A stretch of DNA of 64,000 nt. It comes from Candidatus Nanopelagicales bacterium (lineage in GTDB: Bacteria; Actinomycetota; Actinomycetes; S36-B12; UBA5976). The stretch spans positions 22,892 to 86,891 of the forward strand of contig JBMSMQ010000001.1 in the NCBI GenBank assembly GCA_049421205.1, in the 5' to 3' direction. The position numbers and the translations under genes were made by a program. The notes below the pieces were generated by a model. That model was not told the DNA's origin. It saw only the letters and a program-made list of their open reading frames with translations, and made no database searches. Positions 49,065-57,800 of the stretch are shown here, in pieces; the first letter of the stretch is position 1, and every line of letters starts with the position of its first letter.

Positions 49065-49298
49065 GTGATTTTAGTTATGCAAATAGCCCTGGTTGTGGTG
49101 AGCCTATTGCTAATTTTGACGGTTCTCCTTCACAAAGGTAGGGGCGGAGGACTCTCCGATATGTTCGGTGGAGGTATTTCATCAACAATGGGTGGTTCGA
49201 GTGTTGCTGAACGAAACCTTAATCGAATTACTTTGGCCCTGGCAGCAATCTGGGTCGCAATAGTCGTGAGCCTTGGCTTATTGCTGAGCGCTGTTTAA
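49065..49298 (+). CDS. secG: Preprotein translocase subunit SecG
   Basis: A TM helix followed by LHKGRGGGLSDMFGGG, then a second TM helix. The start is uncertain (GTG 49065 or ATG 49077); the ORF-track extension from 48975 lies in tpiA. Confidence 0.85.
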   Translation: MILVMQIALVVVSLLLILTVLLHKGRGGGLSDMFGGGISSTMGGSSVAERNLNRITLALAAIWVAIVVSLGLLLSAV

Positions 49299-49314
49299 GT
49301 TTTGAGGAGTTAGC

Positions 49315-49662
49315 GTGGCAGGTGGAGCAGCGATTCGTGGAAGTCGAGTTGGTGCAGGTCCGCTTGGAGAATCCGAGCGTGGACAATCTATACCGAAAAT
49401 CCGAATCTCTTACTGGTGTGTTGAAGGTCATGAGGCCCGTGTTGCTTTCGCTCATGATGTTGAAGAGTATCCAGAGGTCTGGGATTGCCCTCGTTGCGGT
49501 CTCCCATCAGGACGCGACAAAGAGAACCCTCCAATTGCCCCGAAGAATGAGCCTTACAAAACTCACTTGGCGTACGTGAAAGAGCGCAGAACCGAAGATG
49601 AGGTTGCAATGATTCTTCATCAAGCAATTGACCGCTTGCGTGCCGAGTACGAAGAAGACTAA
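49315..49662 (+). CDS. rbpA: RNA polymerase-binding protein RbpA
   Basis: SYWCVEGHE...WDCPRCG (a C/H/C/C zinc-ribbon-like set) and a C-terminal sigma-interaction helix KTHLAYVKERRTEDE. This is an actinobacteria-specific family. GTG start. Confidence 0.88.
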   Translation: MAGGAAIRGSRVGAGPLGESERGQSIPKIRISYWCVEGHEARVAFAHDVEEYPEVWDCPRCGLPSGRDKENPPIAPKNEPYKTHLAYVKERRTEDEVAMILHQAIDRLRAEYEED

Positions 49663-51644
49663 GGTAAAAATTCCTGTACGCGGTTCATAATATTTTCAAC
49701 GTTTAATCCGCGATCTTTCATCAATTGGTTTGGTTCAGCAGATTCGCCAAAGTCTTCGACTCCAATGGCAGCATCACAAATACTCAACCACAAGTCAGGG
49801 CTTCCCGCTTCGATTGCAATTCGTGGTTTCGAACCGAGAACTTCATTTTGGTAAGCAATAGGCTCAGATCTAAACCATTCAACACACGGCATCGAAACCA
49901 CTCGCACATGTATTCCAATTTCAAGTAACCGTGACTGTGCATCGAGAGCAAGCGAAACCTCTGAACCAGTAGCTATCAGTGTGACTTGATATCCAGGTTC
50001 ATCTACAAGAATGTAAGCACCTTTTTCTGCTTGTAGAGCAGCTTCTCTATCAGTGACTACAGGTAAGTCTTGTCGGCTTAGCGAGATACCAATTGGTGAA
50101 GATTTTTTGAGTGCAGTTTTCCAAACAACCGCTGTTTCGTTAGCGTCTGCTGGACGCGCGACACTGAAATTCGGAATCAATCTAAGTGCGGATAAATGTT
50201 CAACAGGTTGATGCGTGGGCCCGTCTTCTCCAAGACCGATCGAATCATGCGTCCACACATACACCACTGGCAGATTCATCAAACTACTCAATCGCACTGC
50301 CGGCCGCATATAGTCTGAGAAGACAAGAAACGTTGCTACATATGGTCGTAGTCCACTTAGTGCAAGACCGTTGGCAATCGCCCCCATTGCGTGTTCACGT
50401 ATTCCAAAATGGATATTCGCATTCGAAAAATTTTCTTTAGAAACAGCACCGCCACCCTCAATGAATGTGGAGTTACTTTCCGAAAGGTCGGCAGATCCAC
50501 CCCATAGCCCAAGATTGTTTTTCGCAATGGAATTGAGCGTCTTGCCAGATGCTTTTCGCGTGGAAACCTTCTCACCTTTTTCCCATGCGGGAAATGTGAG
50601 CGAATCGACATCGATACTCAACAACGATTTCAAAATTTGTCTGGATTCAGGTTCAGATTGTTCAAATTCGTGAAACTGCTGTTGCCATACATTGTAGAAA
50701 GCCGCTCCGCGATCAACAGATTTTTGAGTATGAGCAAGAACTGCAGGTTCAGTATAGAAATCGAGTTCGGGATCTAAACCTAGAAGGGTTTTCGTTTTGG
50801 AAATCTCATCTGCACCTATGGCAGAGCCATGTGATTTTGCGGTATTTCTCGCGTTTGGGGCGGGCCATGCAATAGTTGATTGCATTCGAATGAAACTCGG
50901 TTTTCCGTTACGATTTTTCGCCTGAAGTAACGCTGTGTGTAACGCTCTGACGTCGATGTCTCCGTCCTCAAGTCGAGGAACATCAAAGACATTGAAACCG
51001 TAGGAGGCATATCGAGCTAACACGTCTTCGGTGAATGCCAAGTTGGTGTCACCATCAATAGAGATATTGTTCGAGTCATAGATAACAATTAAATTATCAA
51101 GCCCCAAATGCCCAGCAAGAGAGGATGCTTCTGCACTGACCCCTTCCTGCAGACACCCATCTCCCGCAAGAACATAGACGAAAGGGTCATAGAGGCTCGA
51201 AAACTTTGGATTGTTCACTGTATCCTGAATTCGTTTGATGGCCATAGCCATCCCAACCGCATTTGCGACTCCTTGACCCAGTGGACCGGTGGTAGTTTCA
51301 ACTCCAACGGTATGCCCAAATTCAGGATGGCCAGGTGTTTTGCTCCCTTTAGTTCTGAATGCCTTCAAGTCTTCCAGTGAAATGTCATAGCCTGAAAGAA
51401 ATAACTGGATGTAGAGGGTGAGACTGCTGTGCCCAATAGAAAGAACGAAACGATCTCTAGCAAACCAATCAGGATTTTTGGGATCGTGACGTAAGTGTTT
51501 TTGGAATAGCAAATAGGCGCAAGGTGCAAGTGCCATCGCAGTGCCAGGATGTCCATTTCCAACCTTTTGCACCGCATCCATCGCGAGAGCGCGTGAAATG
51601 GCTATAGCCTTAATATCGTTATCGTTCCATTGCAATTGTGACAT
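49659..51644 (-). CDS. tkt: Transketolase
   Basis: NGHPGTAMALAP, GDGCLQEG, THDSIGLGEDGPTHQP. 661 aa. Its stop overlaps the rbpA stop. Confidence 0.96.
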   Translation of the reverse strand: MSQLQWNDNDIKAIAISRALAMDAVQKVGNGHPGTAMALAPCAYLLFQKHLRHDPKNPDWFARDRFVLSIGHSSLTLYIQLFLSGYDISLEDLKAFRTKGSKTPGHPEFGHTVGVETTTGPLGQGVANAVGMAMAIKRIQDTVNNPKFSSLYDPFVYVLAGDGCLQEGVSAEASSLAGHLGLDNLIVIYDSNNISIDGDTNLAFTEDVLARYASYGFNVFDVPRLEDGDIDVRALHTALLQAKNRNGKPSFIRMQSTIAWPAPNARNTAKSHGSAIGADEISKTKTLLGLDPELDFYTEPAVLAHTQKSVDRGAAFYNVWQQQFHEFEQSEPESRQILKSLLSIDVDSLTFPAWEKGEKVSTRKASGKTLNSIAKNNLGLWGGSADLSESNSTFIEGGGAVSKENFSNANIHFGIREHAMGAIANGLALSGLRPYVATFLVFSDYMRPAVRLSSLMNLPVVYVWTHDSIGLGEDGPTHQPVEHLSALRLIPNFSVARPADANETAVVWKTALKKSSPIGISLSRQDLPVVTDREAALQAEKGAYILVDEPGYQVTLIATGSEVSLALDAQSRLLEIGIHVRVVSMPCVEWFRSEPIAYQNEVLGSKPRIAIEAGSPDLWLSICDAAIGVEDFGESAEPNQLMKDRGLNVENIMNRVQEFLP

Positions 51645-51731
51645 CTCTCACCACCACTTCAAAGCCTACATACCCCAACACGCACAATTGCGAAAGACAT
51701 CGTATTCTCGGACAAGGATTTGAGGTGAGGC

Positions 51732-52616
51732 GTGCAGACACAGGTTAGACCAACTTTTCAAGACTATATAGTTTTGACCAAACCACGCATCATCGAACTA
51801 TTGCTCGTCACCACAGTCCCTACAATGATGTTTGCGGCAGGTGGAATTCCAGAAATAGGTGTCGCTATCGCAACTTTGGTGGGTGGTGCATTAGCAGCAG
51901 CCGGGGCTAATGTGTTGAACTGCTTTGTAGATTCTGATATCGATGCCTTGATGCCCAGAACCGCTCATCGAGCAACTGCCTCTGGACGCATATCAAAGCG
52001 GAAAACGTTGATCTACGGACTCTCCTTGTCGATGATTTCAATTATTGTCCTGGATGCCTTTGCCAACACTCTCGCCGCTGCGCTTGCGGCAGGCGCAATC
52101 GTTTTTTATGTCGGGGTGTATTCGCTGCTGCTAAAGCGTCGCACGAGTCAAAACATCGTATGGGGTGGAATCGCAGGATGTTTCCCAGTCCTCATCGGAT
52201 GGTCAGCCATTACAGGTTCTTTAAGTTGGGAACCGTTCGCTTTGTTTCTGATCGTATTCTTTTGGACTCCACCACACTATTGGCCACTTTCAATCAAATA
52301 CAAAGATCAATATGCTGCAGCTGATGTTCCGATGCTGCCTGTGGTTGCCTCTAACAAAGAAGTGTCGCAAGCCATTATTCAATACAGCTGGGTGATGGTT
52401 GCAACAAGTCTCACTCTAATTCTCTCACTAGGAATTCTTTATGCAGTTGTCAGCATTTCTGTCGGTGCTTGGTTTCTTCTGCTTACCTATAAACTCGAAA
52501 AAGTTATTGATGACGAAGAACATTTTGAGCGTATCGCAATGACAGTATTCCACGCGTCAATAACTTATTTATCTGTTATCTTTTTTGCCGTTGGTGTTGC
52601 GAGTTTTGTAGCGTAG
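51732..52616 (+). CDS. ctaB: Protoheme IX farnesyltransferase (heme O synthase)
   Basis: UbiA-type motifs NCFVDSDIDALMPRTAHRATASG and FFWTPPHYW. GTG start, divergent from tkt. Confidence 0.93.
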   Translation: MQTQVRPTFQDYIVLTKPRIIELLLVTTVPTMMFAAGGIPEIGVAIATLVGGALAAAGANVLNCFVDSDIDALMPRTAHRATASGRISKRKTLIYGLSLSMISIIVLDAFANTLAAALAAGAIVFYVGVYSLLLKRRTSQNIVWGGIAGCFPVLIGWSAITGSLSWEPFALFLIVFFWTPPHYWPLSIKYKDQYAAADVPMLPVVASNKEVSQAIIQYSWVMVATSLTLILSLGILYAVVSISVGAWFLLLTYKLEKVIDDEEHFERIAMTVFHASITYLSVIFFAVGVASFVA

Positions 52617-53465
52617 TTCATAACTGAGGCGCAAAACAAAATTCCAAACGAGTATCGCCCCAGTCACATGGAGAATTACCAATAACTCTGGAAGTTCGGT
52701 GAAAAATTGAATGTAGCCAATCAGACCCTGGATCAGTGTAATTACGCTTATGACTGTAAGCCAACGTTGGGCATCGGTGGTTAATGTGTGGCGGGATGCT
52801 CTTGCAACAATCCAAAGTGTGATGAGTAATCCCAGAAAGAGCCACAATATATCTGCATGAAACCAGGCAACAGTTTTTAAATCAAAAGGTAACCGATGGG
52901 TGATATCAGCATCGCCAGAGTGTGGACCTGAACCAGTAACCAGAGTGCCAGCTGCGATAAGCAAGAGCGTCACCAACGGGAGAATGTATGAGAAAGTGGT
53001 AAGTAATCTATCGTCCGTCCGAATCGGATCGGAAGAAGTGAACCACAGTCTGACACTGAGCCCAACGATGATGATTGAGAGCAAGAAGTGTGCCATCACG
53101 GTCAAAGGATGAAGACCTGTGAGCACCGTAACGCCTCCGAGCAACGCTTGAGCGACTGTGCCAAGTAAAGGTGTAGCGGCCAGTAATCGGCGCCGTGGCT
53201 GTTTGAAATATTTCAACGCACCGATAACGACGATAAGCGCAACGAGACCTACAACAAAGGTCAGGAGGCGATTTCCGAATTCGACCCATTTGTGCCAATC
53301 TTCAGTTTGATCCGCCGTAGGAGCGAGCGAACCTTCTACGCAGTCTGGCCATGTGGGACAGCCCAGTCCACTGCCAGTAACACGAACTATGGCCCCAGTA
53401 ATGATGATGCCTGATTGCACGAGGATATTGAGCACCAAGGCCCGTCGATACCACAGAGGAAGCAC
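52569..53465 (-). CDS. ctaA: Heme A synthase (COX15/CtaA)
   Basis: VRVTGSGLGCPTWPDC, multiple TM helices with conserved His residues (WHKWVEFGNR, MAHF, WFHA, LHVTGA). Confidence 0.88.
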   Translation of the reverse strand: MLPLWYRRALVLNILVQSGIIITGAIVRVTGSGLGCPTWPDCVEGSLAPTADQTEDWHKWVEFGNRLLTFVVGLVALIVVIGALKYFKQPRRRLLAATPLLGTVAQALLGGVTVLTGLHPLTVMAHFLLSIIIVGLSVRLWFTSSDPIRTDDRLLTTFSYILPLVTLLLIAAGTLVTGSGPHSGDADITHRLPFDLKTVAWFHADILWLFLGLLITLWIVARASRHTLTTDAQRWLTVISVITLIQGLIGYIQFFTELPELLVILHVTGAILVWNFVLRLSYELRYKTRNTNGKKDNR

Positions 53466-53512
53466 ATCCGTAGCCTACGGGAGGCGCGAGATGCGGGAAA
53501 TTTGGAAATACG

Positions 53513-53526
53513 CAACAATGTGGTTG
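53513..53526. promoter_or_regulatory. CAAC-N6-GTTG inverted repeat (candidate SufR operator)
   Basis: The exact sequence CAACAATGTGGTTG sits in the ctaA-sufR divergent region and overlaps the candidate GTG starts of sufR. This matches the palindrome I recall being reported for SufR repressors. No binding evidence is available here. Confidence 0.45.
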
Positions 53527-54200
53527 TGAAATACGAAGAGAAAGCCGCCCACCGGCTTGCCAAGGTTTTGCTTGAGTCAGGCAGCACCACAGCAACCGTT
53601 TTGGCTTCACGGCTTTCGATGACCCCGACAGCTGTGCGAAAGCATTTGGATTGGCTTGAGTCAGAGGGGATAGTTGCAAGTTTCGATCAGCCCCCATTTG
53701 GACCATTGTTGAAAACCAAAGGACCTGGCCGTCCGGCCCGCGCATTTGCCGTCACAGAAAAAGGGCGTCAGTTGCTCACACAACTTGATGAAAATTTGCT
53801 TGAAAGTGCAGTTGATTTCATCTATCGCGAAAACGGAGAGTCCGGAATTAAAAAGTTCGCTCAAGAGCGAGTAACGTCAATGCTCGGCACTATCAAAACG
53901 AAATTCAATTCCGAAACATTGACTGAAACACAACTTGCTGAAGGTTTGACTGAATTCGGTTATATGGCATCTGTCATCTCAGGTCCTTCAGGAAACGACA
54001 CTCAACTTTGCCAACACAATTGCCCTATCGCTGGTATTGCTAAACGATATCCAGTATTTTGCGAAATTGAACTGCAAGAATTTCAAAAAGCATTACAAAA
54101 ACGAACTACGCGACTATCAGCACTTTCCTCTGGTTCGTCATTGTGTACTACCCATATCCATCACAACAATCAAGGAGAACGTAATGACGTCAAATCTTGA
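53520..54200 (+). CDS. sufR: ArsR/DeoR-like winged-helix regulator SufR
   Basis: The wHTH reads [41 protein letters not shown]-terminal Cys residues (QLCQHNCP...VFCE) are consistent with Fe-S ligation. It lies immediately upstream of sufB. The start is uncertain (GTG 53520 or 53526, or TTG 53502); the ORF track's TTG 53415 would overlap ctaA. Confidence 0.78.
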   Translation: MVVKYEEKAAHRLAKVLLESGSTTATVLASRLSMTPTAVRKHLDWLESEGIVASFDQPPFGPLLKTKGPGRPARAFAVTEKGRQLLTQLDENLLESAVDFIYRENGESGIKKFAQERVTSMLGTIKTKFNSETLTETQLAEGLTEFGYMASVISGPSGNDTQLCQHNCPIAGIAKRYPVFCEIELQEFQKALQKRTTRLSALSSGSSLCTTHIHHNNQGERNDVKS

Positions 54201-55593
54201 CGAGCTCGAGGGTCTTGGAACCTACGAATACGGCTGGCGCGACAAGGACACGGCCGGAGCGCAAGCTCGGCGTGGACTCAACGAAGATGTCGTTCGCGAT
54301 ATCAGTGCCAAAAAGAATGAACCTGAATGGATGCTTAATTTGCGCTTGAAAGGTCTCGAGCTTTTTTACAAGAAACCATTGCCAAACTGGGGTAGCGATT
54401 TAACAACAATCGATTTCGACAACATCAAGTATTTTGTTCGCTCCACTGAAAAGCAGGCAACATCCTGGGAAGAATTGCCAGAGGATATCAAAAATACCTA
54501 TGACAAATTAGGCATTCCGGAAGCCGAGAAAAATCGATTAGTTGCAGGCGTTGCCGCTCAGTATGAATCTGAAGTTGTGTATCACAAGATTCGTGAAGAT
54601 CTTGAAGAACAGGGAGTGATATTTCTCGACACGGATACGGCATTGAAAGAATATCCCGAAATGTTTAAAGAATATTTCGCCACCGTGATCCCAGTTGGCG
54701 ATAATAAGTTTGCAGCACTTAATACTTCTGTTTGGTCGGGTGGTTCGTTTATTTATGTGCCTAAGAATGTGCAGGTAGAGATTCCTCTACAGGCATACTT
54801 CAGAATTAACACCGAAAATATGGGACAGTTTGAACGCACATTGATTATTGTTGATGAAGGTGCCTATGTGCATTACGTAGAAGGATGCACTGCTCCTATC
54901 TACTCGAGCGATTCACTTCACTCTGCAGTTGTTGAAATTATCGTGAAGAAAAACGCTCGATGCCGATATACAACGATCCAAAACTGGTCAAATAACGTGT
55001 ATAACCTTGTAACTAAGCGCGCAGTTGCTCATGAAGGCGCAACAATGGAATGGATTGATGGAAACATCGGCTCCAAGGTTACGATGAAGTATCCAGCAGT
55101 TTGGATGACCGGAGAATATGCACGAGGAGAGACTCTTTCAATTGCATTTGCAGGAGAAGGGCAACACCAAGATGCAGGTGCAAAAATGGTTCATGCTGCA
55201 CCGAATACAAGCTCAACTATTATTTCTAAATCGGTTGCACGAAAAGGTGGCAGAACCTCGTATCGTGGGCTTGTTCAGGTGAATGAAGGTGCGTATAACT
55301 CGAAGAGCACTGTTAAGTGTGATGCGCTGCTTGTGGATGAGGATTCACGGTCTGACACGTATCCGTATGTCGATGTACGTACTGACGATGTTTCGATGGG
55401 ACATGAAGCGACAGTCTCCAAAGTAAGTGATGATCAACTGTTCTACCTTATGTCGCGCGGACTATCGGAAGATGAGGCGATGGCGATGATTGTTCGAGGT
55501 TTCGTGGAACCAATCGCTCGTGAACTTCCAATGGAATATGCGCTTGAACTGAACCGTCTGATTGAACTTCAAATGGAAGGGTCGGTTGGCTAA
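54184..55593 (+). CDS. sufB: Fe-S cluster assembly protein SufB
   Basis: [42 protein letters not shown] 54184 is preceded by AAGGAGAA. No intein is present. Confidence 0.96.
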   Translation: MTSNLDELEGLGTYEYGWRDKDTAGAQARRGLNEDVVRDISAKKNEPEWMLNLRLKGLELFYKKPLPNWGSDLTTIDFDNIKYFVRSTEKQATSWEELPEDIKNTYDKLGIPEAEKNRLVAGVAAQYESEVVYHKIREDLEEQGVIFLDTDTALKEYPEMFKEYFATVIPVGDNKFAALNTSVWSGGSFIYVPKNVQVEIPLQAYFRINTENMGQFERTLIIVDEGAYVHYVEGCTAPIYSSDSLHSAVVEIIVKKNARCRYTTIQNWSNNVYNLVTKRAVAHEGATMEWIDGNIGSKVTMKYPAVWMTGEYARGETLSIAFAGEGQHQDAGAKMVHAAPNTSSTIISKSVARKGGRTSYRGLVQVNEGAYNSKSTVKCDALLVDEDSRSDTYPYVDVRTDDVSMGHEATVSKVSDDQLFYLMSRGLSEDEAMAMIVRGFVEPIARELPMEYALELNRLIELQMEGSVG

Positions 55594-56726
55594 TGGGAAT
55601 CGAAGCACCCGCAAAAGATCTATCTCCACGTTTGGAGGGCATTGCACTTGCTGATATTGATATCCCGAAGGGACGTGAAGAAGAGTGGCGGTTTACACCG
55701 CTCAAGCGCCTCAAAGGTCTCCATTCACTGACTGAGATTGGTAATCAATCAGACTTTGAAGTCTTGAGTTTAGGAAATTTTCAGCACTCTCAAGTGAAGA
55801 ATAATGCTACTTTTGCCGCTTCTGATCGATTAGCAGCTGCAGCAGCTCTGCTTCCAGAGAACGTTGAAACATTCACTTTGGCGAAAGAGACTCTGTCTGA
55901 AGACGTTCTTAAGATATCGTTTCCTCAGTCATCAGAATCATCGTCTCTCAGAATGAAGTTCCTTCTCGAGAGATATTCAAAGGGAACTATCATTCTTGCG
56001 CATCATGGTTCTGGTGCGATGTCATCCGCACTTGAGTTTGTTGTTGAAGAAGGCGCACAAGTGAGTGTAGTTTCAATCTTTGACACTGAACGAACTGCGG
56101 TCACCGCCGGCCAACACTCAATCAAACTCGGTAAAGATGCGACATTGAACCATATAGTTCTAACCCTTGGTGGCGATGTAGTCCGACTCACAACATCAGT
56201 TCGATTCACTGGCACTGGAGCAACAGCAAACCTGACCGGTGGGTATTTCACCGACAGTGGACAGCATCACGAACATCGACTTTTTGTTGACCACGCAGTG
56301 GAACATTGCACGAGTGATGTTATGTATAAAGGTGCGTTGCAAGGCGATGGTGCTCATTCGGTATGGGTTGGCGATGTTCTGATTCGTGGAAACGCGATTG
56401 GAACATCAACATATGAACTTAACCGAAATCTACTACTTACTGAAGGTGCGAGAGCCGATTCTGTACCAAATTTAGAAATTGAAACTGGAAACATTCAAGG
56501 AGCAGGACACGCTGCTGCAACTGGACGTTTTGATGACGAACAGATTTTCTACCTTATGTCTCGTGGAGTGCCTGAAGTACAGGCAAGACGTTTGGTCGTA
56601 CGTGGCTTTTTAGCAGAAGTGATTGCTCGAATTCCCGATCAAGATCTTCGTAACAGCATGATTGCTGGGGTTGAAAAGCGTTTGGGGCAAAGCGACCCGA
56701 AATTTGATGGGCTTTTCAATGAGTAA
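55593..56726 (+). CDS. sufD: Fe-S cluster assembly protein SufD
   Basis: EEWRFTPL, and the C-terminal GHAAATGRFDDEQIFYLMSRG, which parallels SufB. Confidence 0.93.
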   Translation: MGIEAPAKDLSPRLEGIALADIDIPKGREEEWRFTPLKRLKGLHSLTEIGNQSDFEVLSLGNFQHSQVKNNATFAASDRLAAAAALLPENVETFTLAKETLSEDVLKISFPQSSESSSLRMKFLLERYSKGTIILAHHGSGAMSSALEFVVEEGAQVSVVSIFDTERTAVTAGQHSIKLGKDATLNHIVLTLGGDVVRLTTSVRFTGTGATANLTGGYFTDSGQHHEHRLFVDHAVEHCTSDVMYKGALQGDGAHSVWVGDVLIRGNAIGTSTYELNRNLLLTEGARADSVPNLEIETGNIQGAGHAAATGRFDDEQIFYLMSRGVPEVQARRLVVRGFLAEVIARIPDQDLRNSMIAGVEKRLGQSDPKFDGLFNE

Positions 56727-57045
56727 TTGGGTCGAAGCGTGTGCTATTTCCGATTTAGGTACACGTAATATGAAAAAGGTGTCTGTATCTGAAAACGATA
56801 TTCTCGTAGTTAAGACAAGTGAAGGCATCTATGCCGTGAGTGATACATGCTCGCATGCAGAAGTATCACTAAGCGAGGGAAGTTTGGATGATTGCACAAT
56901 TGAATGCTGGGCTCACGGCGCAGTCTTTGATGTGAGAGATGGATCCGTAGTAACTCCACCAGCATCCGAGCCAATTAAAACATTTGAAACACAAGTACAA
57001 GGAGATGGCGAGAACGCTGTCATATTAATCAAGGTAGGCGAATAA
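56719..57045 (+). CDS. Rieske [2Fe-2S] ferredoxin (non-heme iron oxygenase ferredoxin subunit-like)
   Basis: Rieske ligand boxes CSHAEV and CWAHGAVF. 108 aa from ATG 56719, overlapping the sufD end by 8 nt. Confidence 0.87.
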   Translation: MSNWVEACAISDLGTRNMKKVSVSENDILVVKTSEGIYAVSDTCSHAEVSLSEGSLDDCTIECWAHGAVFDVRDGSVVTPPASEPIKTFETQVQGDGENAVILIKVGE

Positions 57046-57800
57046 TGAGTACATTAGAAATCAAAAATCTCTCTGTGCAAGTGGTGATGGAGGATGAAAC
57101 AAAACAGATTCTGAAGGGAATAAACCTCACCGTGAACAGTGGTGAGACTCATGCAATTATGGGTCCAAACGGATCGGGGAAGTCCACGCTCGCCTACAGT
57201 ATTGCAGGCCATCCTCGATATGAAATTATCGACGGTGAAGTATTACTTGATGGTGAAAACATTCTAGAACTTTCTGTTGACGAACGAGCCAAAGCGGGCC
57301 TCTTTCTCGCAATGCAGCACCCTGTAGAGGTGCCAGGTGTATCTGTAACGAACTTTCTTCGCACAGCTGTGACTTCAATTCGCGGCGAGGCTCCGAAATT
57401 GCGTGAATGGATATCTGAAATGAAAAGCGCGATGAATGGTCTTTCGATTGATTCATCGTTCTCGGACAGAAATGTCAATGAAGGTTTTTCTGGCGGAGAA
57501 CGAAAGCGTCATGAGATTCTGCAACTAGAGTTGATTAAACCCAAGTTCGCGGTTCTCGATGAAACTGATTCTGGGCTCGATGTTGATGCTCTCAAAATAG
57601 TGTCAGATGGTGTAAATCGAATAAAGTCTGAAACAAATATGGGTGTGGTGTTGATAACCCACACAATTCGTCTCTTGCGTCAAATTCCTGTGGATAAAGT
57701 CCATGTCATCATGGATGGAAAAATTGTTCAGGAAGGTGGAGCAGAACTTGCTGAAGCGATCGACAATTCTGGATATGAACAGTTTGCAGTAAAAGCATGA
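57045..57800 (+). CDS. sufC: Fe-S cluster assembly ATPase SufC
   Basis: GPNGSGKSTLA, FSGGERKR, AVLDETDSGLD. Confidence 0.96.
   Translation: MSTLEIKNLSVQVVMEDETKQILKGINLTVNSGETHAIMGPNGSGKSTLAYSIAGHPRYEIIDGEVLLDGENILELSVDERAKAGLFLAMQHPVEVPGVSVTNFLRTAVTSIRGEAPKLREWISEMKSAMNGLSIDSSFSDRNVNEGFSGGERKRHEILQLELIKPKFAVLDETDSGLDVDALKIVSDGVNRIKSETNMGVVLITHTIRLLRQIPVDKVHVIMDGKIVQEGGAELAEAIDNSGYEQFAVKA

Noticed and set aside
51645-51731. Palindromic element in the tkt-ctaB divergent spacer (CAATTG core)
   Set aside because: Only the 6-nt CAATTG is symmetric and the flanks do not extend the palindrome. This is expected by chance.
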